Shown: positions 43,442-52,819 of the stretch, in pieces
Layout: every line of letters starts with the position of its first letter
Numbering within the stretch: position 1 is the first letter of the stretch
Source of the DNA: a virus
Lineage: Duplodnaviria; Caudoviricetes
Length of the DNA stretch: 64,000 bases
Virus record (IMG/VR): IMGVR_UViG_2974602649_000001
Coordinates: 39,219-103,218 of that record
Direction: 5' to 3' (one strand)
Made by a program: the position numbers and the translations under genes
The notes under the pieces: model-generated
Database searches by the model: none
Told to the model about the DNA's origin: nothing
The model's input: only the letters and a program-made list of their open reading frames with translations

Positions 43442-43451
43442 AGGGGAGTAT

Positions 43452-43655
43452 ATGACAACATGCATTAAGGATGTGGAAGAACACTTGAAAGGGTTGACGC
43501 ATGAGGAACTGGTAGATAAGCTACTCACACAGTTTGAACGGTTGGGTCAGATGAAGGGTAACTTTCAATTCGGACAACCATCAGGAATGGTTAGCACGAT
43601 AACGATTGAAAGCATGATGACATGCATCTCAGATCAATTTGAAGGGGTATGGTAA
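43452..43655 (+). CDS. Hypothetical protein
   Basis: SD GGGGAG before MTTCIK. Confidence 0.65.
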   Translation: MTTCIKDVEEHLKGLTHEELVDKLLTQFERLGQMKGNFQFGQPSGMVSTITIESMMTCISDQFEGVW

Positions 43656-43852
43656 TGAGCCTTGACATCCCAAAAGGAATGAACATACACTCTGCCGCAA
43701 CCTATGCCAGAGACTATGCAGCAAAGCAGCGTGCCAACTACGTGACCATAGTGTTCAACGACATCAACCTCACTGTGTACGCAACCAGCAACCCAGACGA
43801 CATCGCTCTGATCTACTATCTGGAGAGTGAAGTACGGAGGTTGAAGCGATGA
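43655..43852 (+). CDS. Hypothetical protein
   Basis: Coupled ORF. Confidence 0.7.
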   Translation: MSLDIPKGMNIHSAATYARDYAAKQRANYVTIVFNDINLTVYATSNPDDIALIYYLESEVRRLKR

Positions 43853-44136
43853 GCGAGCCGGTGTGCGTGGTAAGAGTTGGTACTGCTGGGTACAGGCGAG
43901 GTGATACGTATTTCATTGGACGTACGTTGAGAACCTTGAAGTCAAAGACGACTTGGGATTACCTTGCTGATGAGGAGCAAGCTGTAGGGGTTGAGGATGG
44001 GCTGATGAACATCACGAACCTTGACAGAGTAGAAGATGGCTTGTACGATATAGTCATGACAAACATTGACAGGGACTACGAATCAGGATATATTGATGGC
44101 TGGTCTTACACACTTTATCCACACAAGGAGGATTGA
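43849..44136 (+). CDS. Hypothetical protein
   Basis: DGLY....N..RDYESGYID.W motif. Confidence 0.72.
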   Translation: MSEPVCVVRVGTAGYRRGDTYFIGRTLRTLKSKTTWDYLADEEQAVGVEDGLMNITNLDRVEDGLYDIVMTNIDRDYESGYIDGWSYTLYPHKED

Positions 44137-44363
44137 TGCACCCACTTTGGTACGTTTTGATTATTTACATCATTGGCTTCATTTTTGTTCTTGTTGGTGC
44201 TATTGCATACGATAAGATTACCGATGAGGTTGAAGAAAACACGGATGACTACTTTGGACTTGCCGCTCTCTGGCCAGTCAGCATCTTCCTACTCATCTAC
44301 CTATTCCTCCGACTGTTCGTTGACAACGTTCTGATCGGTAAAAACACTAAACGCAAGCGCTAA
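44133..44363 (+). CDS. Two-TM membrane protein
   Basis: Two hydrophobic segments, ALWP. Confidence 0.7.
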   Translation: MMHPLWYVLIIYIIGFIFVLVGAIAYDKITDEVEENTDDYFGLAALWPVSIFLLIYLFLRLFVDNVLIGKNTKRKR

Positions 44364-44375
44364 TAAGGAGAAACA

Positions 44376-44648
44376 ATGAAAGCTTTTAAAGTACGAGTTC
44401 TGTCCACTGAATATGCTGACATTCCAGTTGACTCCATCCAGATAGCCTATGTGACCGACACCGATCATCCGTATCCGTATTACATCCGCCTTGACGGTAA
44501 GGCTCCCACTGAGGTGCGATACACTGACGAAGGTGGATCGTGGACTGAGTTCGAAATTGAGGTTGAGAACTACCCGTATGCGATTGATGAGGTTGAGGTG
44601 CTGGAAATGCTCCAAGAAATCCCTGTAACTCTAGAGGAGGCTGCATAA
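44376..44648 (+). CDS. Acidic hypothetical protein
   Basis: SD AAGGAG; 20 D/E vs 6 K/R. Confidence 0.75.
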   Translation: MKAFKVRVLSTEYADIPVDSIQIAYVTDTDHPYPYYIRLDGKAPTEVRYTDEGGSWTEFEIEVENYPYAIDEVEVLEMLQEIPVTLEEAA

Positions 44649-45016
44649 TGCGTGGTATGAAATTTGATGTAAGAAACTATAGCAACGAAGAGTTCCGGGC
44701 ATTGCAATATGCTTTGTTTGAGATGGGTTATGGGTGGGGTAATACTCGTAATCCTCGCATTTCAAACAAGTCTGATTGTGACACATTCTTGTACGCTAAT
44801 CCAGATGGGGCAATGCGTCAGGGGATGACCGAGGAGTACTTCCTTAATTCTGATAATCACCTTGAGATTGTTGAATGTGAATTTAAACATACCGTCAAGG
44901 TGATTATCCCAGATCCTAAACCGGTTGAGCTTGTCGAAATTGATGGTGTGCGATACAAGAAAGACGATGTGCTCGCAGCTCTTGCTTTGAATCAGGTAGA
45001 GGAATTCCTGCAATGA
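44648..45016 (+). CDS. Hypothetical protein (paralogue family B)
   Basis: LQYALFEMGYGW...FLYANPDG. Confidence 0.72.
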   Translation: MRGMKFDVRNYSNEEFRALQYALFEMGYGWGNTRNPRISNKSDCDTFLYANPDGAMRQGMTEEYFLNSDNHLEIVECEFKHTVKVIIPDPKPVELVEIDGVRYKKDDVLAALALNQVEEFLQ

Positions 45017-45369
45017 AGCGACTCATTGGGGTTGCATTGGCAGCAATCATTGGTGTACAATCGGCTCATGCACTGGAACGTGACCCCGTAACCGGCATTC
45101 CGGTAATTGGACTCAAGATGTGTGAGGAGCAGAAGACCCTTGCTATCCACGCCATGACGATGCGTCAGGCTGAGTTTACGAAGGGTCATGCTCAACGTAA
45201 CATGCCTTCTGGTAGATTGTCGCAAGCTATCCTTGACCTTATGTACCGTAGTGAGGTAGGATCTACCAAAGAGCATCAGATTGACTTGATCATCGAAGCA
45301 GGCGATACTGTACACGCAGCTTGTATCAAGGCAGCGAAACAAACCGACATGAAGATGAATGGAGTGTAG
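45013..45369 (+). CDS. Secreted hypothetical protein
   Basis: Signal peptide MKRLIGVALAAIIGVQSAHA. Confidence 0.72.
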   Translation: MKRLIGVALAAIIGVQSAHALERDPVTGIPVIGLKMCEEQKTLAIHAMTMRQAEFTKGHAQRNMPSGRLSQAILDLMYRSEVGSTKEHQIDLIIEAGDTVHAACIKAAKQTDMKMNGV

Positions 45370-45370
45370 C

Positions 45371-45556
45371 ATGGACAATACCCGTAAGGCTTTCGAGATG
45401 TGGTTCGCTGAGGAATACGAGTGGTACATCACCCGCAAGCGTCGTGGGTATGATCTGAGCTTTGATACTGAATCGGGTAAATTCCTGTGGGAATTCCCTC
45501 AACAACAATGGGTTGCCTTCCAAGGGGCAGTCAAGATGATGGAGAAATTTAAGTGA
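45371..45556 (+). CDS. Hypothetical protein
   Basis: TRKAFEMWF...WVAFQ. Confidence 0.65.
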   Translation: MDNTRKAFEMWFAEEYEWYITRKRRGYDLSFDTESGKFLWEFPQQQWVAFQGAVKMMEKFK

Positions 45557-45765
45557 GTGCTACTGACAAACTGGTTCAACAAATGCTGGAAGACCTTGCT
45601 TGTGCTACAAAGAACATTGACTCACTAGTTGATGGAATCACTGACATTGCTGTACAGATGGGGATTGTGGTGAAAGGTGCGTTTGTCACTGGCCCAATGG
45701 CTCTGATGCTCATTGACGATATCAAAAACATGCTTACTGTTCACGGTTTTAAGGAGAATCAATAA
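45553..45765 (+). CDS. Hypothetical protein
   Basis: Coupled ORF. Confidence 0.65.
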   Translation: MSATDKLVQQMLEDLACATKNIDSLVDGITDIAVQMGIVVKGAFVTGPMALMLIDDIKNMLTVHGFKENQ

Positions 45766-46073
45766 TGGCTTTTCGCCCGCTGGAAGTATCTGACGTAATT
45801 CGTATCGTTGATAAAACATCTGATCATTGGTCTCGTGACGCTCTGGTTGTTGATGTGTCGCCTGATAATCGTCTCGCAATGGTAAAGGTCTTCGTTAACT
45901 CTGATCCATTCTGGATTCACCAGAAAGGGACAATCCTGAGTGACTCTGTGTGGACTGAGGAAGGTGCTCGTGCTCCTTGGTGGAAAGACGTTAATGACGA
46001 AGACACAGGCCAGTACCCGGAGTACGAAGCCTGTGGTGATTGTGAATGCTGCATGGCTCACAGGCACAACTGA
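45765..46073 (+). CDS. Hypothetical protein
   Basis: SD AAGGAG; CGDCECC C-terminus. Confidence 0.65.
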   Translation: MAFRPLEVSDVIRIVDKTSDHWSRDALVVDVSPDNRLAMVKVFVNSDPFWIHQKGTILSDSVWTEEGARAPWWKDVNDEDTGQYPEYEACGDCECCMAHRHN

Positions 46074-46279
46074 TGAGCATTGAAATTGCAATTTACATCA
46101 CAGTCGGGATCATTATAAGCTGGGGTCTGTTGTACTGGTACAGTCGAAGTAATTACGTTGATATGGAAGACATGATCATGTTTACGATTATACTTCCATT
46201 CCTTTGGCCATTCGCACTACTGATCACGGTCCTTTTCAAGCTACTGGTTGGTGTAAGAGACTGGTTAAACAACCACTAA
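46073..46279 (+). CDS. Two-TM membrane protein
   Basis: Two hydrophobic segments, FLWP; similar to 44133..44363. Confidence 0.65.
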   Translation: MSIEIAIYITVGIIISWGLLYWYSRSNYVDMEDMIMFTIILPFLWPFALLITVLFKLLVGVRDWLNNH

Positions 46280-46293
46280 CTAAGGAGAAATAA

Positions 46294-46542
46294 ATGTATC
46301 AAACTCTACTGGAAGCAGTTCTGAATCGCTTTGCTCTTTGGCCACAACCGGGAACTGATCTACACTTCAGTTGCGATAGCGATGGTGAAGTCCGTCAGCG
46401 AGGCGAAGATGACTCTGGCACTAGTCTTGATTTCTACCCGCGTACAAAACCAGTTAGATATGAAGATCGAGCACCTGCTGGTGCGTGTGCTGAGTACACT
46501 GTCTACGTTACGGAAGCAGATTTCAACAAAGCGCGACAATAA
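46294..46542 (+). CDS. Hypothetical protein
   Basis: SD AAGGAG; WP...CDSDGEVR...DFYP. Confidence 0.72.
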   Translation: MYQTLLEAVLNRFALWPQPGTDLHFSCDSDGEVRQRGEDDSGTSLDFYPRTKPVRYEDRAPAGACAEYTVYVTEADFNKARQ

Positions 46543-46570
46543 CAATTTGAGCAACACTGTTCTATCCGAG

Positions 46571-46598
46571 AGGAATGACTAAAATCATTCCTTTTTTT
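46571..46598 (+). terminator. Terminator-like hairpin just upstream of the primase-helicase
   Basis: AGGAATGA-CTAAAA-TCATTCCT-TTTTTT. Confidence 0.7.
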
Positions 46599-46622
46599 GT
46601 TGTGCTGGAAAAGGAGGAGATA

Positions 46623-48521
46623 TTGGAACTATCTAACATTAGAAAGATTTATAAGCATTACAACCCAGACTACAACGGTGAAGACAAAGTTTGCTGCCCA
46701 TTTCATGGGGAGACGACTGCATCGTTTACGTTCTATGACCACAACAATACCTACTGGTGTTACGGAGGGGGTCAAGAGTGTGGATCCAGCATGGAAGACT
46801 TCGTGATTCTGAGCGAAGAGTTGGACATGCAAACAGATTACCGAAAGGGGAAGGCAATTGCTGCTGAGATTCTAGGGGTGAGTGAAGAGGTATTTGGAGA
46901 GGAGAAGAAACGAGTGACAAATGTTCAACAGAGTATCGACTGCCTACCAGCCATGCCAAAGGAGGACATTAAAGCCTTCCTGAGCGATGCTGTGCGTGGT
47001 TATGGTGGCAATGGCTACCGTGGTATCAAGGATGAGTACCTGCGCTTCTTTGGGCACGTAACGAAGCTTGACGAGAGCGGTAAGGTCAAGAGTCGCCATT
47101 ATCCCGAGACGAACACACAAGGTCTGGTAGCCGGGTATAAGTGCCGGAACCACCCTAAAGACTTCCGGTATGGTAACGTTGGCCACACTGGCGGCAAGAA
47201 CCAATTGTCGGGTCAAGTGAAATTCACCAGTGGTGGTAAATACATTCTCATTGTTGGTGGTGAGGAAGATAAAGTTGCGGCATACCAAATGCTCGCAGAT
47301 TCACAGAAGGACAAGGATTATGACTCGATTGCTGTCGTTAGCCCAACGTGTGGTGAAACAAGTGCTGTTAAACAAGTTGCTAACAACTTTGCTTTCTTTG
47401 ACACCTTTGAAACCATTCGGATTGGCATGGACAATGATGAGGCTGGTCGTAAAGCCGCTGCTCTCATCGCTGCTGTTCTCCCGAAAGACAAAGTTGAAAT
47501 CGTCACATGGTCTGGTAAAGACCCAAACCAAATGCTCCTCGACGGTAAAGAGAAACAGTTCGTTCGGGACTTCTGGAACGCACGGCAACTGGTAAACAGT
47601 GGTATTAAGGAATCGTCTGGTTTGATGGATGCTGTACGTGAGGAGCTTCAACGTCCTCGTATCACTCTTCCACCACACTGGCACGCAGTACAGGCAGCGA
47701 CAAAAGGTGGATTCCTGCAAGGTCGAATCATCAACATCATTGGTGATACTTCCGTAGGTAAGTCAACTCATGTAAACGACTTGGTTTACTACTGGATGTT
47801 CAACGCACCTGAGAAAGTTGGCGTAGTGTCTCTGGAAGCAACTGATGGTCAGTACACGCTTGACTTGCTGTCGATTCACCTTGAGAAAAACCTGCTGTGG
47901 ATTGGTGAAGGTAAGGACATCCTTGAATATCTGGATCGTCCAGACGTACAGGCGCTGTATGACAACCTTCTGACGCACGATGATGGTCGCCCACGGTTCT
48001 CTATTCTGGATGAGCGAGATGGTGATATCAAAATGCTTGAGAAGCAGATGGAGAAATTGGTTAACCAGCACGGTTGTAAGATTCTGGTTGTTGACGTATT
48101 GACTGACATTCTGCGTGGTATGGACAAGGACGCTCAAGAAGAGCATATGAAGTTCCAGAAGCGAATGGTGAAGACTGGTGTAACTATCATCAACGTATTG
48201 CACACCCGTAAACCTTCTGGCGGTGATGGTGAGTGGAAAATGCCGACTGAGTATGACGCCTTTGGTTCGTCTACTTTCGTACAGTCCGCTGCAATCAACA
48301 TTGTGATTGGTCGTAACAAGATGGCAACTTGCCCGATTGAACGCAACCGTACTTACGTACACATGCCGAAGTGCCGTGGTGGTGAAACTGGTGAGATTAC
48401 ATCGTTCCAGTATGACGTAGTTAGTCGTATGGTAATGGACTATAACGATTGGACTCGAAAAAACATGGCTTCATACGTTGCCCCAGAGGCAAGTGTAGAT
48501 AACTCTGACCCCGGATTCTAA
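46623..48521 (+). CDS. DNA primase-helicase (T7 gp4-like, CHC2 zinc finger + TOPRIM + SF4 helicase)
   Basis: CPFHGE..ASF...WCYG..C, GGEED, MDNDEAG, KDPNQML, GDTSVGKST, VVDVL, KCR.GETG; probable TTG start after SD AAGGAGG. Confidence 0.93.
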   Translation: MELSNIRKIYKHYNPDYNGEDKVCCPFHGETTASFTFYDHNNTYWCYGGGQECGSSMEDFVILSEELDMQTDYRKGKAIAAEILGVSEEVFGEEKKRVTNVQQSIDCLPAMPKEDIKAFLSDAVRGYGGNGYRGIKDEYLRFFGHVTKLDESGKVKSRHYPETNTQGLVAGYKCRNHPKDFRYGNVGHTGGKNQLSGQVKFTSGGKYILIVGGEEDKVAAYQMLADSQKDKDYDSIAVVSPTCGETSAVKQVANNFAFFDTFETIRIGMDNDEAGRKAAALIAAVLPKDKVEIVTWSGKDPNQMLLDGKEKQFVRDFWNARQLVNSGIKESSGLMDAVREELQRPRITLPPHWHAVQAATKGGFLQGRIINIIGDTSVGKSTHVNDLVYYWMFNAPEKVGVVSLEATDGQYTLDLLSIHLEKNLLWIGEGKDILEYLDRPDVQALYDNLLTHDDGRPRFSILDERDGDIKMLEKQMEKLVNQHGCKILVVDVLTDILRGMDKDAQEEHMKFQKRMVKTGVTIINVLHTRKPSGGDGEWKMPTEYDAFGSSTFVQSAAINIVIGRNKMATCPIERNRTYVHMPKCRGGETGEITSFQYDVVSRMVMDYNDWTRKNMASYVAPEASVDNSDPGF

Positions 48522-48541
48522 GGGGTCACTTAGGAGGGAAT

Positions 48542-48862
48542 ATGGATAAGAAGTTTCTAGATGGATTGTGGGAAACTCGTGGTGACCACTGGGAAGAGGT
48601 TGATGACGATGGGTCATGGCTCGATTGTTGTAAATGCAAAACCCAACCTCGTATTTGGGTATACAACAACGGGCGTCACGCTAAGTGCATCTGCTATGGT
48701 CCGTATGACAATGGGCCTGTGAGGGTAGAGTCTATCTTGTCGTATGTACATCGAACGGATAAGGGAGCCATTGGCTATCCATGGGATTCGTTGAGAACTA
48801 CTTGGAACAAGTTTTCACAAGATGGTATTGAGAGAAACAAGCTACCTGAGGGTCAGTGGTAA
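48542..48862 (+). CDS. Cys-rich hypothetical protein
   Basis: SD GGAGG; CCKC...CIC...WN. Confidence 0.7.
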   Translation: MDKKFLDGLWETRGDHWEEVDDDGSWLDCCKCKTQPRIWVYNNGRHAKCICYGPYDNGPVRVESILSYVHRTDKGAIGYPWDSLRTTWNKFSQDGIERNKLPEGQW

Positions 48863-48882
48863 ATAGAACATAAGGAGAGAAT

Positions 48883-50619
48883 ATGTTAAAGTTGGATTTG
48901 GCAAAAACAGAAGATGGTAAAGAATACTTCAAGCAGGATATCATTTATGACTTGGAAACCTATCCAAACTGCTTTACAATGGCTGCATGCTTTGCAAACG
49001 GTAAAGGGATGCGTGTGTACGAAATCTCTGACCGCCGTAATGACCTAGAGGAAATGCTTGAGTTTCTGCGTAAAGCAAAGACTGGTGGTTTCCGAATGGT
49101 TGGCTTTAACAACATCGGATTCGACTATCCTGTCTTGCACTACATTCTGGGTAAGAGTAAATCCGCCCGGGATCGTGGAGTGAAGGTTGAGGTAACCGCT
49201 TCTGAGATGTACCGTGTTGTACAGAATATGTTTGAAGAGAACGCCGATAGTCGATTTGGTTCTGCTGTAAAGTCTTCTGAGGTGATTATGCCTCAGTTGG
49301 ATCTGTTCAAGATCAACCACTTCGACAACAAGGCTCGCATGACAAGCTTGAAAATGCTGGAGAACAACATGCGTTCGCCAAACATTGAAGACTTGCCGTA
49401 TCCTGTTGGGAAGGTGTTGACTGATGATGAGAAAGATGTTCTAATCACCTATAACAAACATGACGTATCAGAGACTCTGAAGTTCTATTACTACTGCATG
49501 GAAGGTATCAAGATGCGTGCGGAACTGTCGGGTCAATTTGGCTTCGACTGTACCAACCTGAACGATACTGCAATCGGCAAGTCTCTGTTTGTAAACCGAC
49601 TGGAGACTAACAACCCGGGTTGCTGTTATAAGATTGAGCAGAAGGGTCAGTACACTGTACGTAAGATGCGTCAGACTAAGCGTAAGAATATCAAGCTTGG
49701 CGAGTGCGTTCTTCCAAAGGTTCGATTTGATCGTCCTGAGTTCCAAGCCATTCATAAGTGGTTCATGAACAAGACGATTGTTGAAACCAAAGGTGCTCTG
49801 AGTGATATTGAAGAACATGACTTGGGTGATGTGGCGAAGTATGCCACCATGAAGATTAAGTCGATCAAGATGAACTGCCCAGAGCAGGGTAGCAAGAATA
49901 AGCGCTACGTACCTACTCGTGAGCACGTAGAGCAGATGATGAAGCTTCACCCGATGGGTTGGATTGAGACAAAAGAACTCAAGTCGCCAAAAGGTGCTGC
50001 ATCGTATAACTTCTGCTGGCGTATTGCTGAGGGCTTGAACGTTGTCATTGACGGATTCCAATATGACTTTGGAACTGGTGGTATTCATGGGAGTACTCGT
50101 GGTGTTCACATGTCTACCGATGAATACGACCTTCATACCTCTGACATCAAGTCCATGTACCCGAACTGCTCCATTCGTAACAGGCTGTACCCTGAGCACC
50201 TCGGAGAGGGCTTCTGTGACGTTTACGAAGACCTGTACAACGAACGTATTGGGTATGACAAGAAAGACCCTAGAAACGCTGCGTTGAAGCTTGCACTGAA
50301 CGGTACGTATGGTGCCTCTAACGACAAGTTCAGTCCGATGTATGATCCGAAATTCACCATGTCGATTACGGTGAACGGGCAGTTGATGCTGTGCATGATC
50401 ATGGAGCGTATCATCAATGAGCTTGACGGTAAGATCGTGATGTGCAATACTGACGGCTTCGAGTACATCGTACACAAGAAGCATCGTGAGCGGCTCGCTG
50501 AAATCATGATGGAGTGGGAAAAGCTCACTGGTTTCGAGATGGAGAGTGATCGGTACAGCAAGATGCTTGTGCGAGATGTGAACAACTACATTGCAATTAA
50601 GGAGAAAAAGGATGACTAG
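48883..50619 (+). CDS. Family B DNA polymerase, N-terminal part (3'-5' exonuclease, palm, fingers)
   Basis: YDLETY, GFNN..FD, YNKHDV; DIKSMYPN (A), KLALNGTYG (B), NTDG (C); stops just after RDVNNYIA. Confidence 0.93.
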   Translation: MLKLDLAKTEDGKEYFKQDIIYDLETYPNCFTMAACFANGKGMRVYEISDRRNDLEEMLEFLRKAKTGGFRMVGFNNIGFDYPVLHYILGKSKSARDRGVKVEVTASEMYRVVQNMFEENADSRFGSAVKSSEVIMPQLDLFKINHFDNKARMTSLKMLENNMRSPNIEDLPYPVGKVLTDDEKDVLITYNKHDVSETLKFYYYCMEGIKMRAELSGQFGFDCTNLNDTAIGKSLFVNRLETNNPGCCYKIEQKGQYTVRKMRQTKRKNIKLGECVLPKVRFDRPEFQAIHKWFMNKTIVETKGALSDIEEHDLGDVAKYATMKIKSIKMNCPEQGSKNKRYVPTREHVEQMMKLHPMGWIETKELKSPKGAASYNFCWRIAEGLNVVIDGFQYDFGTGGIHGSTRGVHMSTDEYDLHTSDIKSMYPNCSIRNRLYPEHLGEGFCDVYEDLYNERIGYDKKDPRNAALKLALNGTYGASNDKFSPMYDPKFTMSITVNGQLMLCMIMERIINELDGKIVMCNTDGFEYIVHKKHRERLAEIMMEWEKLTGFEMESDRYSKMLVRDVNNYIAIKEKKDD

Positions 50620-50821
50620 TCAAAAGGAATGGGAGTTCTTGCTGGACCTGAAACGTCTCATGGTTGAGTACGACATTGATGAGATTCGTGGTGGCTATGG
50701 TGGTGACGTTCATGTCACCTCTGAGGGATTGACACATGTATTCGATGTAGGTACTCTGGAGGCCATTGATGCTGATGTTAATGCCCGCATCGATGCTTGG
50801 GTTAAGGAGGAGCAACTGTGA
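50612..50821 (+). CDS. Hypothetical protein between the polymerase halves
   Basis: SD AAGGAG; FLLDLKRLMVEY. Confidence 0.72.
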   Translation: MTSQKEWEFLLDLKRLMVEYDIDEIRGGYGGDVHVTSEGLTHVFDVGTLEAIDADVNARIDAWVKEEQL

Positions 50822-51027
50822 GCGACGTAAAGGGAAGCATGTTCCTTTTCGAGTTGAGACAGTTGCTTCACAAGTACGGAGGTGTTAACATGTACGCCAC
50901 TTGGGATGGTACTGTCATGATTCAGGTTAACACTGAGGAAGGGCGACATCAGATTGCTGAACTCAATACGGTGGACATCCAATGCATCAAAAGTCACTTG
51001 AGTGGGGAGTATGGTCGTGGAGCATAA
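50818..51027 (+). CDS. Hypothetical protein between the polymerase halves
   Basis: SD AAGGAGG, GTG start; FLFELRQLLHKY. Confidence 0.72.
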   Translation: MSDVKGSMFLFELRQLLHKYGGVNMYATWDGTVMIQVNTEEGRHQIAELNTVDIQCIKSHLSGEYGRGA

Positions 51028-51565
51028 AGAAGTAGTTGACATTCTCCGTCAGATGGTTAAAGATGGAGACGTTAAGACGAAGGGTGCTTATGAAGCACTC
51101 CCGTTTGAGAAGCTGGGATGGCAAAAGAACCATTCCTGTATGGTGGTCCCTCTTGCTGTGTGTGCTGACCTTCTGGGTCTGTGTACCTACAAGGAATTCA
51201 TCACCAACCACAAAGATCCATTCGACTTCTGTCTGCGCACAAAGGTTCCACGAAGCTCACGATTGGTGCTCGTGACTGTTGACGAATTCACAGGAATCGA
51301 GGAAGATAACCCACTACAGAACATCTGCCGGTATGTTCCTGTAAAAGAAGATTCTGGTGTTACCTGTGGTAAATTGGTTAAGATTATGCCACCCTTACCA
51401 ACAGGTGATGGATCCGAAAGGCGAATGGCAATTGATAGTGAATATTTCATCAAGCCTTGCAATAACATGCTTGACTTCGATTGGAACATCAACTATGATT
51501 ACTACTTCGACAAAGCAGAGAAACTAATCAACGGTATCGTTGACGGAGAGGAGGAAGACGAATGA
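51011..51565 (+). CDS. Family B DNA polymerase, C-terminal (thumb) part
   Basis: DGDVKTKGAY (KxKG motif following NNY), WQKNHS, DPFDF..RTKVPR, INYDYY; SD GGGGAG. Confidence 0.85.
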   Translation: MVVEHKEVVDILRQMVKDGDVKTKGAYEALPFEKLGWQKNHSCMVVPLAVCADLLGLCTYKEFITNHKDPFDFCLRTKVPRSSRLVLVTVDEFTGIEEDNPLQNICRYVPVKEDSGVTCGKLVKIMPPLPTGDGSERRMAIDSEYFIKPCNNMLDFDWNINYDYYFDKAEKLINGIVDGEEEDE

Positions 51566-51798
51566 GTATTTTCATGGACACCAAGTATGTTGATTGTACA
51601 ATGACTGATGGCGACTTCATAAAAGTGAACGCAACTAACCAAGGTTCTCTGAAGAAGGTATACGTCTCGTGCATCAACCGGGAAAATGAATACCAGCAAC
51701 AAAGTGAATCTGATGTATCTCTCAGTATTGAGGAAACTGAAGAGTTGATTGCTCACCTTAAAGAAGCTGTCGCTTTTGTTAAAGGAGAAAAGCAATGA
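51562..51798 (+). CDS. Hypothetical protein
   Basis: Coupled ORF. Confidence 0.68.
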   Translation: MSIFMDTKYVDCTMTDGDFIKVNATNQGSLKKVYVSCINRENEYQQQSESDVSLSIEETEELIAHLKEAVAFVKGEKQ

Positions 51799-52274
51799 CC
51801 CGAATTATCATTGACGAAGGTGGTTCTTCCGAACTGAAGGTTGCGGAGGGCATGGGTGGAATCCTTGTCGAGGATTCTGACAATGAGATGGTTTTCATTG
51901 CAAACTCTCAAATCACTGCATTCATTGCAGCTATTGCTCAAATTGCACTGGAGAAAGAAAAATGCTGATTGTTCCGTTCATCTGTATTCTTTGGGGTCTT
52001 TTCGCAGGAATGGTGAGTGACACCCCGTGTGAAGCAATGGTTATCGCTGGTATTGGTTCTTTCCTAATTTGCCTGATGGCGGGGGTGTCTGGTGTCTTTT
52101 AACTGGCCTGTATTGTTCTGTCTGTTCATGACAGTAATCGTTAGCAACTCTATTATCGAAGCAACTATCAAAGATAATAGTGTTAATATTTACAAGTTGC
52201 TTTCTGCAATTAGTATTGGCATCCTGTTCAATGCAGCAGGTTTCCAAACCATAACCGTAGGATAAGGAGATAAC

Positions 52275-52526
52275 ATGACCATCCTTCATGACTTAGTTAG
52301 CAAACCACTGTTGACAGTGGGTGATATGATTGATAGACTCACCAACCATGAATACGGTGATCTTACAGATGTCATATTGGCGATTGATCTGTCTCAACAG
52401 GATTCGGATTTCACCATTGCGACGATCAAGAAACTGTTCGAATCTCTCTGTGGTGATCTGAGCAAAGATGAAATGAAAGAACTTATGAAAGAACTGAAGC
52501 AAATCAACAAGGAGAAACATAAGTGA
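52275..52526 (+). CDS. Hypothetical protein
   Basis: SD AAGGAG. Confidence 0.7.
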   Translation: MTILHDLVSKPLLTVGDMIDRLTNHEYGDLTDVILAIDLSQQDSDFTIATIKKLFESLCGDLSKDEMKELMKELKQINKEKHK

Positions 52527-52807
52527 ACCCAGTACAAGGCCCTCATTTCCAAGGCAACATTGCAACCTTCGGTTTGCTGACTATGGTTGAAGTTCAGAAA
52601 CTGGTTGAAGAAAATCTCCTGAGCACGTATAGTGTGATGGACATGGGTGAAGAGACTGAGGACGGTATGATCCTCCACACCTTGTCGTTCCCGATGCGAA
52701 CCGAGCATCATAAGATGTATGAGAAAGAGATTCGAGAGCACAACAAAAAGCTTGCATCTGAATCTGAAAACGGCGATAATGAACCAACCCCACCAAGCGT
52801 AGCATAA
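52523..52807 (+). CDS. Hypothetical protein
   Basis: SD AAGGAG, GTG start. Confidence 0.68.
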   Translation: MNPVQGPHFQGNIATFGLLTMVEVQKLVEENLLSTYSVMDMGEETEDGMILHTLSFPMRTEHHKMYEKEIREHNKKLASESENGDNEPTPPSVA

Positions 52808-52819
52808 GGAGAAAATAAG

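Noticed and set aside
50620-51010. Group I intron or split intein in the DNA polymerase
   Set aside because: The interval is fully coding with SD-led ORFs; no recognisable ribozyme core and no intein terminal residues.
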